Positions 27,513 through 36,850 of a DNA stretch of 64,000 nucleotides are shown here, piece by piece. The notes beneath the pieces are model-generated. The model was not told where the DNA came from, did not search any database, and saw nothing but the letters and a program-made list of their open reading frames with translations. Made by a program: the position numbers and the translations under genes. This DNA is from Paracoccaceae bacterium (lineage in GTDB: Bacteria; Pseudomonadota; Alphaproteobacteria; Rhodobacterales; Rhodobacteraceae), in NCBI GenBank assembly GCA_020622085.1, contig JAHRYM010000001.1, positions 2,411,697-2,475,696 on the forward strand, in the 5' to 3' direction. Position 1 is the first letter of the stretch; every line of letters begins with the position of its first letter.

Positions 27513-28393
27513 AAAACCTCTCGCCCGCGCTGCAGGCTCATCTTGATGATGGCACCACAACCTTGTCCTGGTGCTGGCGGATCAGCCGCGCCGACGGCGT
27601 GGCGCTCGGCTTTACCGATCATGACCGCGCCCTCAGCTTCGATGGCACTGGGTTTGAACCCGAAAGCGGGTTTGCTGCCTCGGAAATCCGCGCTGGCTCC
27701 GATCTGTCCGTCGATGCGCAGGATGCGACCGGCGTGCTGACTTCGAATCGCATCACGGAAACCGACATTCTCGACGGCCGCTGGGACAATGCGGCGGTCG
27801 AGCTGTGGCGCGTCAATTGGGCCGACACCAGCCAGCGCGTTCTGTTGCGCCGGGGTGCGGTCGGTCAAATCCGGCGCGGGCGCATGGCCTTCGTGGCCGA
27901 GGTCCGGTCGCTCGCCCATGTGCTGGGCCAGACGGTTGGGCGGACGTTTCAGGCAGGGTGCGACGCAAGGTTAGGCGATGCGCGCTGCGGCATCGATCTG
28001 GAAAACGCGATCTACGAGGGCACGGGTGTCGTGACGGACCTGTTGCGTGACAGGGCCTTTATGGCCTCAGGACTAGCCGCATTTGATGCTGGCTGGTTCG
28101 CGTCTGGAACCCTTCATTGGACCAGTGGCGCAAATGCGGGGCGGGTCACTGAAGTGTTGGCGCATGGTGTGGATGGCAGCATCGCCAGCCTGACCCTGCT
28201 GGAAGCGCCGGTGCGTGCCATCGCCGAAGGGGACAGCTTCGTCGCGCGGGCAGGCTGCGACAAGCGGATCGCGACCTGCAGCGCCAAGTTCGCGAATGTC
28301 GCCAACTTCCGGGGCTTTCCCAACATCCCCGGCCAAGACGCGGTGCTGCGCTATGCCAGCCAGGATGGCGGCCACGAAGGGAACGTGCTGTGA
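27509..28393 (+). CDS. Baseplate hub-like protein, DUF2163 / RcGTA g13-like
   Basis: C-terminal signature GCDKRIATCSAKFANVANFRGFPNIPG. ATGA coupling. Confidence 0.8.
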   Translation: MKNLSPALQAHLDDGTTTLSWCWRISRADGVALGFTDHDRALSFDGTGFEPESGFAASEIRAGSDLSVDAQDATGVLTSNRITETDILDGRWDNAAVELWRVNWADTSQRVLLRRGAVGQIRRGRMAFVAEVRSLAHVLGQTVGRTFQAGCDARLGDARCGIDLENAIYEGTGVVTDLLRDRAFMASGLAAFDAGWFASGTLHWTSGANAGRVTEVLAHGVDGSIASLTLLEAPVRAIAEGDSFVARAGCDKRIATCSAKFANVANFRGFPNIPGQDAVLRYASQDGGHEGNVL

Positions 28394-28824
28394 ATTGCGC
28401 CGATTCCGCCTTCGTCATCGCCACCGCCCGCAGCTGGCTCGGCACGCCCTACCACGATCAAGCCAGCCTTCGCGGGGTCGGTTGCGATTGCCTTGGACTG
28501 GCACGTGGCGTGTGGCGCGAGGTGGTGGGCGACGAGCCTTTCCCTATTCCTCCCTACAGCCGGGATTGGGGCGAGACAGGTCCGCGCGAGGTGCTGGCCG
28601 AGGGTGCGCGCCGAATGATGCCAGAAATCACGCCGACCGAGGCCAAGCCCGGCGCACTGGTCCTGTTCCGGATGGCTCCTCGAGCCATCGCCAAGCATGT
28701 CGGCATCCTGACCGCGCCCGGCCGGTTCATCCATGCGTATGACCGGCTGGGCGTTGTCGAGGAAGCCCTGACCCCGACATGGGCGCGCAAGATCGCCTTC
28801 GCTTTCCTGTTCCCAAAAGACTGA
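28390..28824 (+). CDS. NlpC/P60-family phage cell-wall peptidase (RcGTA g14-like)
   Basis: Catalytic Cys context GVGCDCLGLARGVW and a downstream His (KHVGIL...IHA). Confidence 0.8.
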   Translation: MNCADSAFVIATARSWLGTPYHDQASLRGVGCDCLGLARGVWREVVGDEPFPIPPYSRDWGETGPREVLAEGARRMMPEITPTEAKPGALVLFRMAPRAIAKHVGILTAPGRFIHAYDRLGVVEEALTPTWARKIAFAFLFPKD

Positions 28825-28834
28825 GACCCCACAC

Positions 28835-31800
28835 ATGGCAACTCTTGTTCTCGGCGCTGTCGGCTCCGCGATTGGCGGCGCATTTGGCGGTGCCATCCTC
28901 GGCTTTTCTGGTGCGGCCATCGGAGGCTTCATCGGCTCGACCATCGGGTCAGTGGTCGACAACTGGATCGTGTCGTCCCTCGCCCCCGCCCAACGGATCG
29001 AGGGCGCGCGGCTGGACAGCTTGCGCGTCACCTCCGCGACCGAAGGGGCCGTGATCCCGCGCTTGTTCGGCCGGATGCGGATCGGCGGCAACATCATCTG
29101 GGCCACCGATTTCCGCGAGGAAGTGAACACCACGCGTCAGGGTGGCGGCAAGGGCAGTGGGCCAAAGGTCACCACCACCGAATATCTCTACTATGCCAGT
29201 TTCGCCGTCGCGCTGTGCGAGGGCGAGATCACCGGCATTGGGAGGGTCTGGGCCGACGGCAAGGCCATGGACATGACGGGCGCCACCTGGCGCTGGTATC
29301 CGGGGAACGAGACGCAGGGCCCCGATCCGTTCATCGCTGCCAAGATGGGCGCGGCCAACACCCCAGCATATCGCGGCACCGCCTATGTGGTGTTTGAGGA
29401 ACTGGACCTAAGCGCCTTCGGCAACCGCCTTCCGCAGATCAGCTTCGAAGTGTTCCGCCCGCTCGCCGACCCCGACACCGCCGAAGGGCTGGTCAAGGCT
29501 GTGACGATGATCCCTGCCTCGGGCGAATTCACCTATGCGACTGCCCCGGTCAAGAAATCCTCCGGCTCAGGTGGCGCGACCGTGGCCGAGAACCTGAATG
29601 CGATCAGCGACACCGCCGACATCGTCGTGGCGTTGGACCGGCTACAAGCCCTAGCCCCGGCGGTGGAAAGCGTAAGCTTGGTGGTGGCGTGGTTCGGCGA
29701 TGACCTGCGCGCCGGGACCTGCAAGGTGCGACCGGGCGTGGAGGTGGCGGCCAAGGCCACCACGCCCTCGGCTTGGGTCGTGAATGGTGTCGCACGGGCG
29801 GATGCGTTTCTGGTCAGCCGGGATGCAGAGGACCGTCCGGTGTATGGCGGCACCCCTGCCGACTTCGCAGTGGTGCAGGCGATCCAGGAGATGAAGGCGC
29901 GCGGGCTGCGGGTGACCTTTTATCCCTTTATCCTGATGGACGTGCCGCCCGGCAACACCAAGCCCAATCCCTACAGCGCCAATGCCGCCACCTCTGGCCA
30001 GCCGACATTCCCTTGGCGCGGCCGGATCACCTGTTCGCCCGCCGCAGGTTTCGCCGGATCAGTCGACAAGACAGCGACGGCAGCGACCCAAGTATCCGCG
30101 CTGTTCGGCACCGCCACGCCCGCAAACTTCAGCGTTTCCGGCACCGCTGTCAGCTGGACCGGCCCGGTCGGCGAATGGTCGTTGCGCCGGATGATCCTGC
30201 ACTATGCGCATCTGTGCAAAGCCGCCGGGGGCGTCGACGCCTTCCTGATCGGATCGGAAATGCCCGGCCTGACCAACATCCGCTCGGGCGCCAGCACCTA
30301 TCCTGTCGTCGCTGCCTTCAAGTCTCTTGCGGCTGATGTGCGTGCAATCCTCGGCGCTGGGCCCAAGATCGGCTATGCCGCCGACTGGTCGGAATACTTC
30401 GGCCACCATCCTGCGGATGGCAGCGGCGATGTGTTCTTCCACCTCGACCCGCTCTGGTCGGACATCAACATCAACTTCATCGGTATCGATAACTACATGC
30501 CACTGTCGGATTGGCGTGACGGGTTCGATCATGCCGATGCGGCGCTGGCGCCTGCGATCTACGACCGGGACTATCTGCAATCGAACATCACCGGCGGCGA
30601 GGGCTTCGACTGGTTCTATGCCAGCGCTCTTGATCGAGCCGCGCAAAACCGCACGCCGATCACGGACGGTGCTGTCGCCAAGCCATGGGTCTTCCGCTTC
30701 AAGGATCTGCGCGCCTGGTGGCAAAACCCGCACTTCAACCGACCCGGTGGGGTGGAAAGCGGCATGCAAACCGCTTGGGTGCCGCAGTCAAAACCGATCT
30801 GGTTCACCGAACTGGGCTGCCCGGCCATCGACCGGGGCACCAACCAGCCGAACGTGTTTTTCGATCCGAAATCCTCAGAAAGCTTCACACCCTACTTCTC
30901 GCGCGGCTGGCGGGACGACGCGATCCAGCGCACCTATCTCGAGGCCAGCTTTCTGTTCTGGGGTCAGGCGGCCAACAACCCGGTGTCCTTCGTCTATGGA
31001 AACCGCATGGTCCATGTCCCCGAATGCGCCGCCTGGACATGGGATGCCCGGCCCTATCCGTTCTTCCCCGAACTGACCGATGTCTGGACAGACGGGCCGA
31101 ACTGGCGGCTCGGGCACTGGCTGACCGGGCGGCTGGGCGCAGTATCGCTGGCGGCACTGGTGCGCCACCTTTGTCTCCGCGCCGGAATGCCCGAGGAATT
31201 GATCGACGTCTCTGGCTTATGGGGCGCGGTCGAGGGCTATGTGATCTCTGCACTGGAAGCCCCAAGGGCCTCGATTTCCACGTTGGCCCGCCATTTCGGC
31301 TTCGATGCTGTCGAGAGCGAGGGGCGGATCACGTTCCTGATGCGGGGTAGGATCGCCAGCGCCACGGTCGCACCCGACAGCATGGTGGCCCCCACCTCAG
31401 CGCAGGGCGATGTGATGGAACTGACCCGGGCGCAGGAAACCGAACTGCCGCAGGCTCTGAAATGGCAGGTCGCGCGGGCCGACGAGGATTACGACGCCGC
31501 ACAGGTCGAGGCACGCCGCATCACCGTCGACACCACGCGCATCGCCTCGGAAAGTTTCCCGATGGCGATCCCTCCTGAAGAGGCCGAACGCCGCTGCCGC
31601 CGCGCGCTGATGGAGGCATGGGTTGGCCGCGAAAGTGCCGTGTTCCGCCTGCCGCCCTCGCGACTGGCGCTGGATCCCTGCGATGTCATCCTGCTCGACC
31701 ACGATGGCCGCCTGACGGAACTGCGGCTGGTATCCATCGCCGACTCCGACCTGCGCAGCGTCGACGCAGTGCGGCAAGATCGGGCGGTCTATGATCTGCC

Positions 31801-32806
31801 GCCCGGCGAACCCCGCCCAGCGTCCTTGTCAGCGCCCACAGTCTTTGGCGCTCCGGACGTCGTGTTCTTGGACCTGCCGCAGCTGCGCGAGGATCAACCT
31901 GCGCATCGCCCCATGGTTGCGGCCCATGCCAAACCATGGCCCGGTGAGATCGCGGTCTACCGCAGCGCCGCGACAGATGGTTTTGTCCTGTTGACCACCT
32001 TCGGTTCGCGGGCCCGCATGGGCGTGCTGGCGGCCGATTTCTTTGCGGGGCCGGTGTCGCGCTTCGATCTGGGCAATGCGCTGGTGGTCGATCTCTATTC
32101 CGGCGCGCTGGAGAGCGTCACGGACATCACCTTGTTGGGTGGGGCCAATGCGCTTGCGGTGGAAACCGGCGCTGAGCAATGGGAAATCGTCCAGGCAGGC
32201 GCTGCAGAATTGATCGCCCCGGGGCAATACCGGCTGACCCGGTTGCTGCGCGGCCAGCGTGGAACGGAAGGGGCCATGGTAGCGATGGTACCGACCGGCG
32301 CGCGGTTTGTTGTGCTGGATACGGCCATCACGTCCCTGCCCATTGCTGAAGCTGATCTCGGTCTGCCATGGAACTGGCGCATTGGCCCGGCGTCGAAGCC
32401 GGTCAGCGACGAAACCTTTGTTGCTACCACCTTCACCCCAGAGGGCGCTGGGCTGCGGCCCTTCTCCGTCGCCCATGTCGAGCAGCCGTGGCGCACCGCC
32501 CGCAGCCCCGGCGACCTGACGATCCGTTGGACGCGCCGGTCGCGGTCATTGGCCGCCGATACTTGGGGCGCGGGCGATGTGCCTTTGGCCGAGGACAGTG
32601 AAGCCTACGAGGTGGAAATCCGTGATGGCAGTACCGTCAAGCGCACGCTGACCACCACGACGACCTCTGCCCTCTACACCGCCGCCCAGCAGACCGCCGA
32701 TTGGGGCGCACCCCTCGGCCCCGGCCAATCCCTCGCTATCCGCATCTACCAGCTCTCCGCCCTGATCGGCCGGGGCGCTGGGCGATCCGTCACACTCAGC
32801 TTCTGA
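28835..32806 (+). CDS. Host-specificity / central tail protein (RcGTA g15-like, gpJ analogue)
   Basis: 1323 aa. N-terminal Gly-rich TM-like segment. Follows the g12-g14-like genes. Confidence 0.85.
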   Translation: MATLVLGAVGSAIGGAFGGAILGFSGAAIGGFIGSTIGSVVDNWIVSSLAPAQRIEGARLDSLRVTSATEGAVIPRLFGRMRIGGNIIWATDFREEVNTTRQGGGKGSGPKVTTTEYLYYASFAVALCEGEITGIGRVWADGKAMDMTGATWRWYPGNETQGPDPFIAAKMGAANTPAYRGTAYVVFEELDLSAFGNRLPQISFEVFRPLADPDTAEGLVKAVTMIPASGEFTYATAPVKKSSGSGGATVAENLNAISDTADIVVALDRLQALAPAVESVSLVVAWFGDDLRAGTCKVRPGVEVAAKATTPSAWVVNGVARADAFLVSRDAEDRPVYGGTPADFAVVQAIQEMKARGLRVTFYPFILMDVPPGNTKPNPYSANAATSGQPTFPWRGRITCSPAAGFAGSVDKTATAATQVSALFGTATPANFSVSGTAVSWTGPVGEWSLRRMILHYAHLCKAAGGVDAFLIGSEMPGLTNIRSGASTYPVVAAFKSLAADVRAILGAGPKIGYAADWSEYFGHHPADGSGDVFFHLDPLWSDININFIGIDNYMPLSDWRDGFDHADAALAPAIYDRDYLQSNITGGEGFDWFYASALDRAAQNRTPITDGAVAKPWVFRFKDLRAWWQNPHFNRPGGVESGMQTAWVPQSKPIWFTELGCPAIDRGTNQPNVFFDPKSSESFTPYFSRGWRDDAIQRTYLEASFLFWGQAANNPVSFVYGNRMVHVPECAAWTWDARPYPFFPELTDVWTDGPNWRLGHWLTGRLGAVSLAALVRHLCLRAGMPEELIDVSGLWGAVEGYVISALEAPRASISTLARHFGFDAVESEGRITFLMRGRIASATVAPDSMVAPTSAQGDVMELTRAQETELPQALKWQVARADEDYDAAQVEARRITVDTTRIASESFPMAIPPEEAERRCRRALMEAWVGRESAVFRLPPSRLALDPCDVILLDHDGRLTELRLVSIADSDLRSVDAVRQDRAVYDLPPGEPRPASLSAPTVFGAPDVVFLDLPQLREDQPAHRPMVAAHAKPWPGEIAVYRSAATDGFVLLTTFGSRARMGVLAADFFAGPVSRFDLGNALVVDLYSGALESVTDITLLGGANALAVETGAEQWEIVQAGAAELIAPGQYRLTRLLRGQRGTEGAMVAMVPTGARFVVLDTAITSLPIAEADLGLPWNWRIGPASKPVSDETFVATTFTPEGAGLRPFSVAHVEQPWRTARSPGDLTIRWTRRSRSLAADTWGAGDVPLAEDSEAYEVEIRDGSTVKRTLTTTTTSALYTAAQQTADWGAPLGPGQSLAIRIYQLSALIGRGAGRSVTLSF

Positions 32807-32831
32807 AAGCGCACCCCCAGAAAGACCAAAA

Positions 32832-34754
32832 ATGTCCGACATCACCACCCACCTCCTGCTGCCCTACATCCTGGCATCGCAGGCGCAAAAGCATGTCACC
32901 CACAACGAGGCGCTGCGGCTGCTGGATGCCATGGTGCAGCTGTCGGTCCTCGACCGAACCCGCACCGCCCCGCCCGTCAGCCCGGCCGATGGCGACCGGC
33001 ATATTGTGGCATCGGGCGCGACAGGCCTTTGGGCAGGCTGGGATCTGAACGTCGCCTTCTGGGTCGATGGGGTCTGGATGCGGCTGGTGCCACGCCCGGG
33101 TTGGCTGGCATGGATCGCAGATGAGGCGGTCTTCGCCGTATGGAATGGCTCTAGCTGGGATCCGGTCGGGGAACCGGTGGATGTGTCCGATGCCGTCTTC
33201 AGCCTGGTGAATGACGCCGATCCGACCAAGAAGGCGCTGTTTTCGCTGTCTGGGATCACCACCGGCACGACCCGGACCTTCACGCTGCCCAACACCTCGT
33301 CGGAACTGGCGATCCTCGCGGGCACCCAGACGTTCAGCGGCAACAAGACCTTCTCCGGCACATTGACCGCCTCGGGAACAGTAACCGTGTCGGCGGCTGC
33401 GGCAACGATTGGTACGGCGACGACAACCGCTACCTACGGGATGGGCACTGGAGCCACGACCACTGGCGTCACCAAGACAGTGAACCTCGGCACGGGCGGG
33501 GCGAATGGGTCCACCACGGTCGTCAACATCGGTTCGGCTACGGCAGGCGCGGGCGGGACCACGGTGGTGAACACGCCAACTGTCACTTTCGCCAATGCCG
33601 TGACGCAGGTCGGTATGCCGCAGGCCAACCTGACCGCGCAGCTTCTTGGCCTCGGCGGGGCAGCAGCGGACAGCTACAACCGCCTGTCGATCAACACGCC
33701 TGCCGTGCTGCTGAACAACGCCGGTGCCGGGATCGAGGCGACGGTCAACAAGGCGGCGGCCGGGAACGATGCAGCCTTCGCCTTCAAGACAGGGTTCTCG
33801 GCCCGGGCGCTGATCGGCCTGCTTGCCAACGACGACTTCAGCTTCAAGGTCAGCCCGGATGGCTCGGCCTTCCTCGACGCCCTGAAGATCGACCGCAGCA
33901 GCGGCCAGGTGGAGCTCCCGCAGCCCACCATCCTGCCGGGGCTCAGTGCAGCACCATCACCACCGCCCGCTGGTAAAGCCGCCGTCTATGCCCGCACCCG
34001 CGCCGGGGCACCGTGGATCGACGTCATGCGCCCCTCTGGCCGGGATTTTCCGCTGCAGCCGCACTTCGGGGTGAACCGCATTGCCAACTGGTCGCCCTCG
34101 ACCACCACAACCGTGAACACCGAAGGCTTACCGATCACTTCGGTCGGCACCGTCTCCACCCCGACGCTTGCCGCCACCAACCTGGCCGCCTCAATGCGCC
34201 GCTGGCGGTTGACCTCGGCGGCAGTGGTGGATTCGGTTGCCGAACAGCGATCCGCTGGCTGGGCCTGCTGGCGCGGAAACGCGGCAGGGCTTGGTGGCTG
34301 GACCTTTGTCACGCGGCTTTCGCTGACAACCCTTCAGGCGACCGGCATGGGCCTCTTCGGCCTCTACGGATCGACTGCGGCGCTGGCCACCACGCTGACT
34401 TTGGCTACCGTCCTGAACTGCATCGGCATCGGCTTCCAGCGTGGCACCCATGTCAACTGGCAGCTGGTGGCCAATGATGGCACCGGCGCGCCGACGCTGA
34501 CCGACATGGGCGGGGCTTTTGCCATCGCGACCGGCGGCGTCGTGACCCTGTTCATCGGGGCCCCGCCGAACGGATCGTCGGTGTGGCTGCGGGCGGTTAA
34601 CGAAGTCACCGGCGCGGTCTTTGAACAGGAAATTACCGCCGATCTGCCTGCCAACACCCAATTCCTGTCGCCCCGCCTTTACCTGAACACCGGCGCCACC
34701 GCCGCAGCCGTCGCCTATGACTGCTCCGGCCTCTACATCGAAACCGACTACTGA
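32832..34754 (+). CDS. DUF2793-domain tail fibre protein
   Basis: The N-terminus (LLLPYILASQAQKHVTHNEALRLLDAMV) is the DUF2793 signature. Central Gly/Thr-rich repeats. Confidence 0.7.
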   Translation: MSDITTHLLLPYILASQAQKHVTHNEALRLLDAMVQLSVLDRTRTAPPVSPADGDRHIVASGATGLWAGWDLNVAFWVDGVWMRLVPRPGWLAWIADEAVFAVWNGSSWDPVGEPVDVSDAVFSLVNDADPTKKALFSLSGITTGTTRTFTLPNTSSELAILAGTQTFSGNKTFSGTLTASGTVTVSAAAATIGTATTTATYGMGTGATTTGVTKTVNLGTGGANGSTTVVNIGSATAGAGGTTVVNTPTVTFANAVTQVGMPQANLTAQLLGLGGAAADSYNRLSINTPAVLLNNAGAGIEATVNKAAAGNDAAFAFKTGFSARALIGLLANDDFSFKVSPDGSAFLDALKIDRSSGQVELPQPTILPGLSAAPSPPPAGKAAVYARTRAGAPWIDVMRPSGRDFPLQPHFGVNRIANWSPSTTTTVNTEGLPITSVGTVSTPTLAATNLAASMRRWRLTSAAVVDSVAEQRSAGWACWRGNAAGLGGWTFVTRLSLTTLQATGMGLFGLYGSTAALATTLTLATVLNCIGIGFQRGTHVNWQLVANDGTGAPTLTDMGGAFAIATGGVVTLFIGAPPNGSSVWLRAVNEVTGAVFEQEITADLPANTQFLSPRLYLNTGATAAAVAYDCSGLYIETDY

Positions 34755-34766
34755 GGGCCTCTCCAC

Positions 34767-35075
34767 ATGACCGACGAACCCAATCTTCTGGAAACGGCCG
34801 CGCAGGCCTTCCGCGACCACGGCCTGACCGCCGCCATCACCGCGCTGATCGGCGGCAGTCTTGCTGTCGCCGCCTCCGTCACGAGGAAGGCATTCACCAA
34901 CGAGGCGATGCTGGAGCGGCTTGACCGCGAACTCAGCCTTGAGCGCGAGCGGATCGACAAGCTGCGCGCCGACGATCGCAAGACCGATGCCGACCGGCTG
35001 GAGCGGATCGAGACCGATATTCGTGCCATGCGCGACATGCTGTTCGAAGCCTTCCAGCGCGGCCGCACCGACTGA
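34767..35075 (+). CDS. Hypothetical membrane/coiled-coil protein (possible holin-associated)
   Basis: One TM-like segment (LTAAITALIGGSLAVAASV) followed by a charged coiled coil. Followed by a terminator hairpin. Confidence 0.45.
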   Translation: MTDEPNLLETAAQAFRDHGLTAAITALIGGSLAVAASVTRKAFTNEAMLERLDRELSLERERIDKLRADDRKTDADRLERIETDIRAMRDMLFEAFQRGRTD

Positions 35076-35112
35076 CCGACCCACCCTCACCACCTCACTG
35101 AACCTGTCACCC

Positions 35113-35134
35113 ACCCGCCCCAGAGGCGGGTTTT
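35113..35134 (+). terminator. Rho-independent terminator
   Basis: ACCCGCC-ccaga-GGCGGGT followed by TTTTGCATTT, located between the structural operon and the lysis genes. Confidence 0.6.
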
Positions 35135-35152
35135 GCATTTCTGGAGATTCCC

Positions 35153-35827
35153 ATGGCGACCACGACCTATGCCCATTTCCGCGACGTTCCCGAGAGCGCC
35201 TGGCGCTGGCCCAGCTTTTCCCCGGCCGAGATCGCCTGCCGCGGCACCGGGGCGATCAAGATCAACACCGAGGCGATGGACAAGCTGCAAACCTTGCGCA
35301 ACCGCCTCGGAAAGCCGCTGATCGTCCGCTCCGGCTATCGCAGCCCGAGCCACAACCGCGCCGTCGGCGGGGCCCCGGCCTCGAAGCACATGCTGGGCAC
35401 GGCTTTCGACATCGCTATGTCCAACCACGACCCGGTCGCCTTCGCCGAAGCCGCCCACGCCGTCGGCTTCCTCGGCTTCGGCACCTATCCGCGCTCAGGC
35501 TTCATGCACATCGATCTCGGGCCTGCGCGGTCCTGGGGCGAACCCTTCGCTGCTCGCGCCACGCCCTTCGTGCCGGAAACCCCGCCCGCCCGTGAAGTCT
35601 TGGCTGACAGCCGCACCCTGAAAGGCGGTGGGGCGGCAGGCATTGCCACTGTCGGTGCTGCCGGAGTGGAAGTCGCGCAAGAGGTCCTTTCGGAAACGCA
35701 AACGGCCATCCTGCCCCTTGTGCCTTATCTCGACACCCTGCGCTGGGTCTTCATCGCCGTGGCGCTGATCGGCATCGCCGTCGCTATCCACGCCCGGATT
35801 GATGACTGGAAGCGGGGCCAGCGGTGA
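35153..35827 (+). CDS. Peptidase M15A-family endolysin with C-terminal TM segment
   Basis: SGYRSPSHNRAVGGAPASKHMLGTAFDI and GFMHIDLG are the Zn-ligand pattern of M15A. The C-terminal hydrophobic segment is WVFIAVALIGIAVAI. Confidence 0.75.
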   Translation: MATTTYAHFRDVPESAWRWPSFSPAEIACRGTGAIKINTEAMDKLQTLRNRLGKPLIVRSGYRSPSHNRAVGGAPASKHMLGTAFDIAMSNHDPVAFAEAAHAVGFLGFGTYPRSGFMHIDLGPARSWGEPFAARATPFVPETPPAREVLADSRTLKGGGAAGIATVGAAGVEVAQEVLSETQTAILPLVPYLDTLRWVFIAVALIGIAVAIHARIDDWKRGQR

Positions 35828-36078
35828 TGTCTTGGATCGCCGCCATTCTCGCCAGCGGCCCGGCGCGCAAAGCGCTGGGCCTCCTGCTGGCCGCCCTCAC
35901 CATCGCCCTGTTCCTGCTGAACCTGCGCCGCGCCGGAGAACAGGCCGGACGGCTGGCCGAGAGGCTTTCAACATCGGAGAAAACTCATGAAATCCAACGC
36001 CAGATGCTGGACGCCGCCAGCCGCCGCCCCGCTGATCGCAATGCTCTGGCTCAGCGCATGCGCGGTGGCGAGTTCTGA
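35824..36078 (+). CDS. i-spanin-like (or holin-like) membrane protein
   Basis: N-terminal TM (LGLLLAALTIALFLL) followed by a charged helical region. The gene overlaps the next lipoprotein ORF. Confidence 0.45.
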   Translation: MMSWIAAILASGPARKALGLLLAALTIALFLLNLRRAGEQAGRLAERLSTSEKTHEIQRQMLDAASRRPADRNALAQRMRGGEF

Positions 36079-36232
36079 CACGCTGACTACTTGTCCCCCG
36101 GTGGTGGACTACAGCGCGGCCGATCTGGCTTGGGCAGCAAGCGAGGTCGAGGCTTTGCCAGAAGGTGGAATCCTGGTCAGGATGTTGGGCGACTACGCCG
36201 TCCTGCGTGAACAGGCGCGTGCATGCAGGTGA
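35987..36232 (+). CDS. o-spanin-like lipoprotein
   Basis: Signal peptide with lipobox LWLSAC. The ORF starts inside the previous gene in another frame, an Rz/Rz1-like overlapped arrangement. Confidence 0.5.
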   Translation: MKSNARCWTPPAAAPLIAMLWLSACAVASSDTLTTCPPVVDYSAADLAWAASEVEALPEGGILVRMLGDYAVLREQARACR

Positions 36233-36323
36233 AATCCCGGCCGGGCAAGTGCCAGGTGGGAAGCGCCGCACACTTCGACCTTTGCGCATCGACCGGCCCG
36301 GCTTCACGGCTTTGCGGGGAAGG

Positions 36324-36764
36324 TCATGCGATGTGCTCGCCTTCGGGGTGGCGGTGATCGGTCGCGCAGAGGGAGTGGTCTCCCAGAACCTCGATCACCC
36401 TGCAATCGGCGATGCGCCCACCCGCGCATTGCACGACCATCCGCTCAAGTTCTGCCTTCAGGGCCATCAGCCGGGCGAGGCGGCTTTCAACTTCGGCCAG
36501 TTGCGCCCGGGCGATGGCATCAGCAGCAGCGCAGGACTGGTCGGGTCTGTCCGACAGGCTGAGGAGATCGCGGATCGCTTCCAGGGTGAAGCCCAGATCG
36601 CGGGCATGCCGAATGAAGGCCAGCCGTTCCAATGCCTTGCGGCTGTATAGTCGCTGATTACCTGCACTGCGGTCAGCCTTCGGCAGAAGTCCGATCTGCT
36701 CATAGTAGCGAACGGTCGGCACCTTCACCCCGGCCTGTGCCCCCAACTTTCCGATGGTCAGCAT
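36324..36764 (-). CDS. MerR-family heavy-metal-responsive regulator (PbrR/CadR/ZntR-like)
   Basis: MLTIGKLGAQAGVKVPTVRYYEQIGLLP... plus C-terminal Cys residues. Divergent from the P-type ATPase. Confidence 0.85.
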   Translation of the reverse strand: MLTIGKLGAQAGVKVPTVRYYEQIGLLPKADRSAGNQRLYSRKALERLAFIRHARDLGFTLEAIRDLLSLSDRPDQSCAAADAIARAQLAEVESRLARLMALKAELERMVVQCAGGRIADCRVIEVLGDHSLCATDHRHPEGEHIA

Positions 36765-36774
36765 GAGATTTCCC

Positions 36775-36806
36775 TTGAACCTATAGTTGCTAGAGACACT
36801 AGGTTC
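36775..36806 (+). promoter_or_regulatory. MerR-type promoter/operator: TTGAAC-19 bp-TAGGTT with a dyad GAACCTA-N16-TAGGTTC
   Basis: Perfect 7-bp inverted repeat at 36777-36783 / 36800-36806. The 19-bp -35/-10 spacer is typical of MerR-controlled promoters. Confidence 0.6.
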
Positions 36807-36850
36807 CCGATTCGAAGAATACAACCGCCCCTCGGGGCTGAGGGGCTGCG

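Larger units (their letters stand above)
1..36232. mobile_element. Prophage 1 (left end outside window): early/methylase region, lambda-like head module, RcGTA-like distal tail, lysis cassette
   Basis: Contiguous, mostly plus-strand phage gene order with many ATGA/GTGA start-stop overlaps. The right boundary is only inferred from where phage genes stop. No att site was seen. Confidence 0.8.

Noticed and set aside
26883-32806. A gene transfer agent (GTA) cluster rather than a prophage
   Set aside because: The g12-g15-like genes are embedded in an element that also has replication, methylase, GpA-type terminase, 808-aa tape measure and lysis genes. That is far more than a GTA head-tail cluster.
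32832-34754. Diversity-generating retroelement or variable repeat in the tail fibre gene
   Set aside because: There is no reverse transcriptase in the window and no template-repeat copy of the fibre 3' end. The Gly/Thr repeats are ordinary fibre low-complexity sequence.
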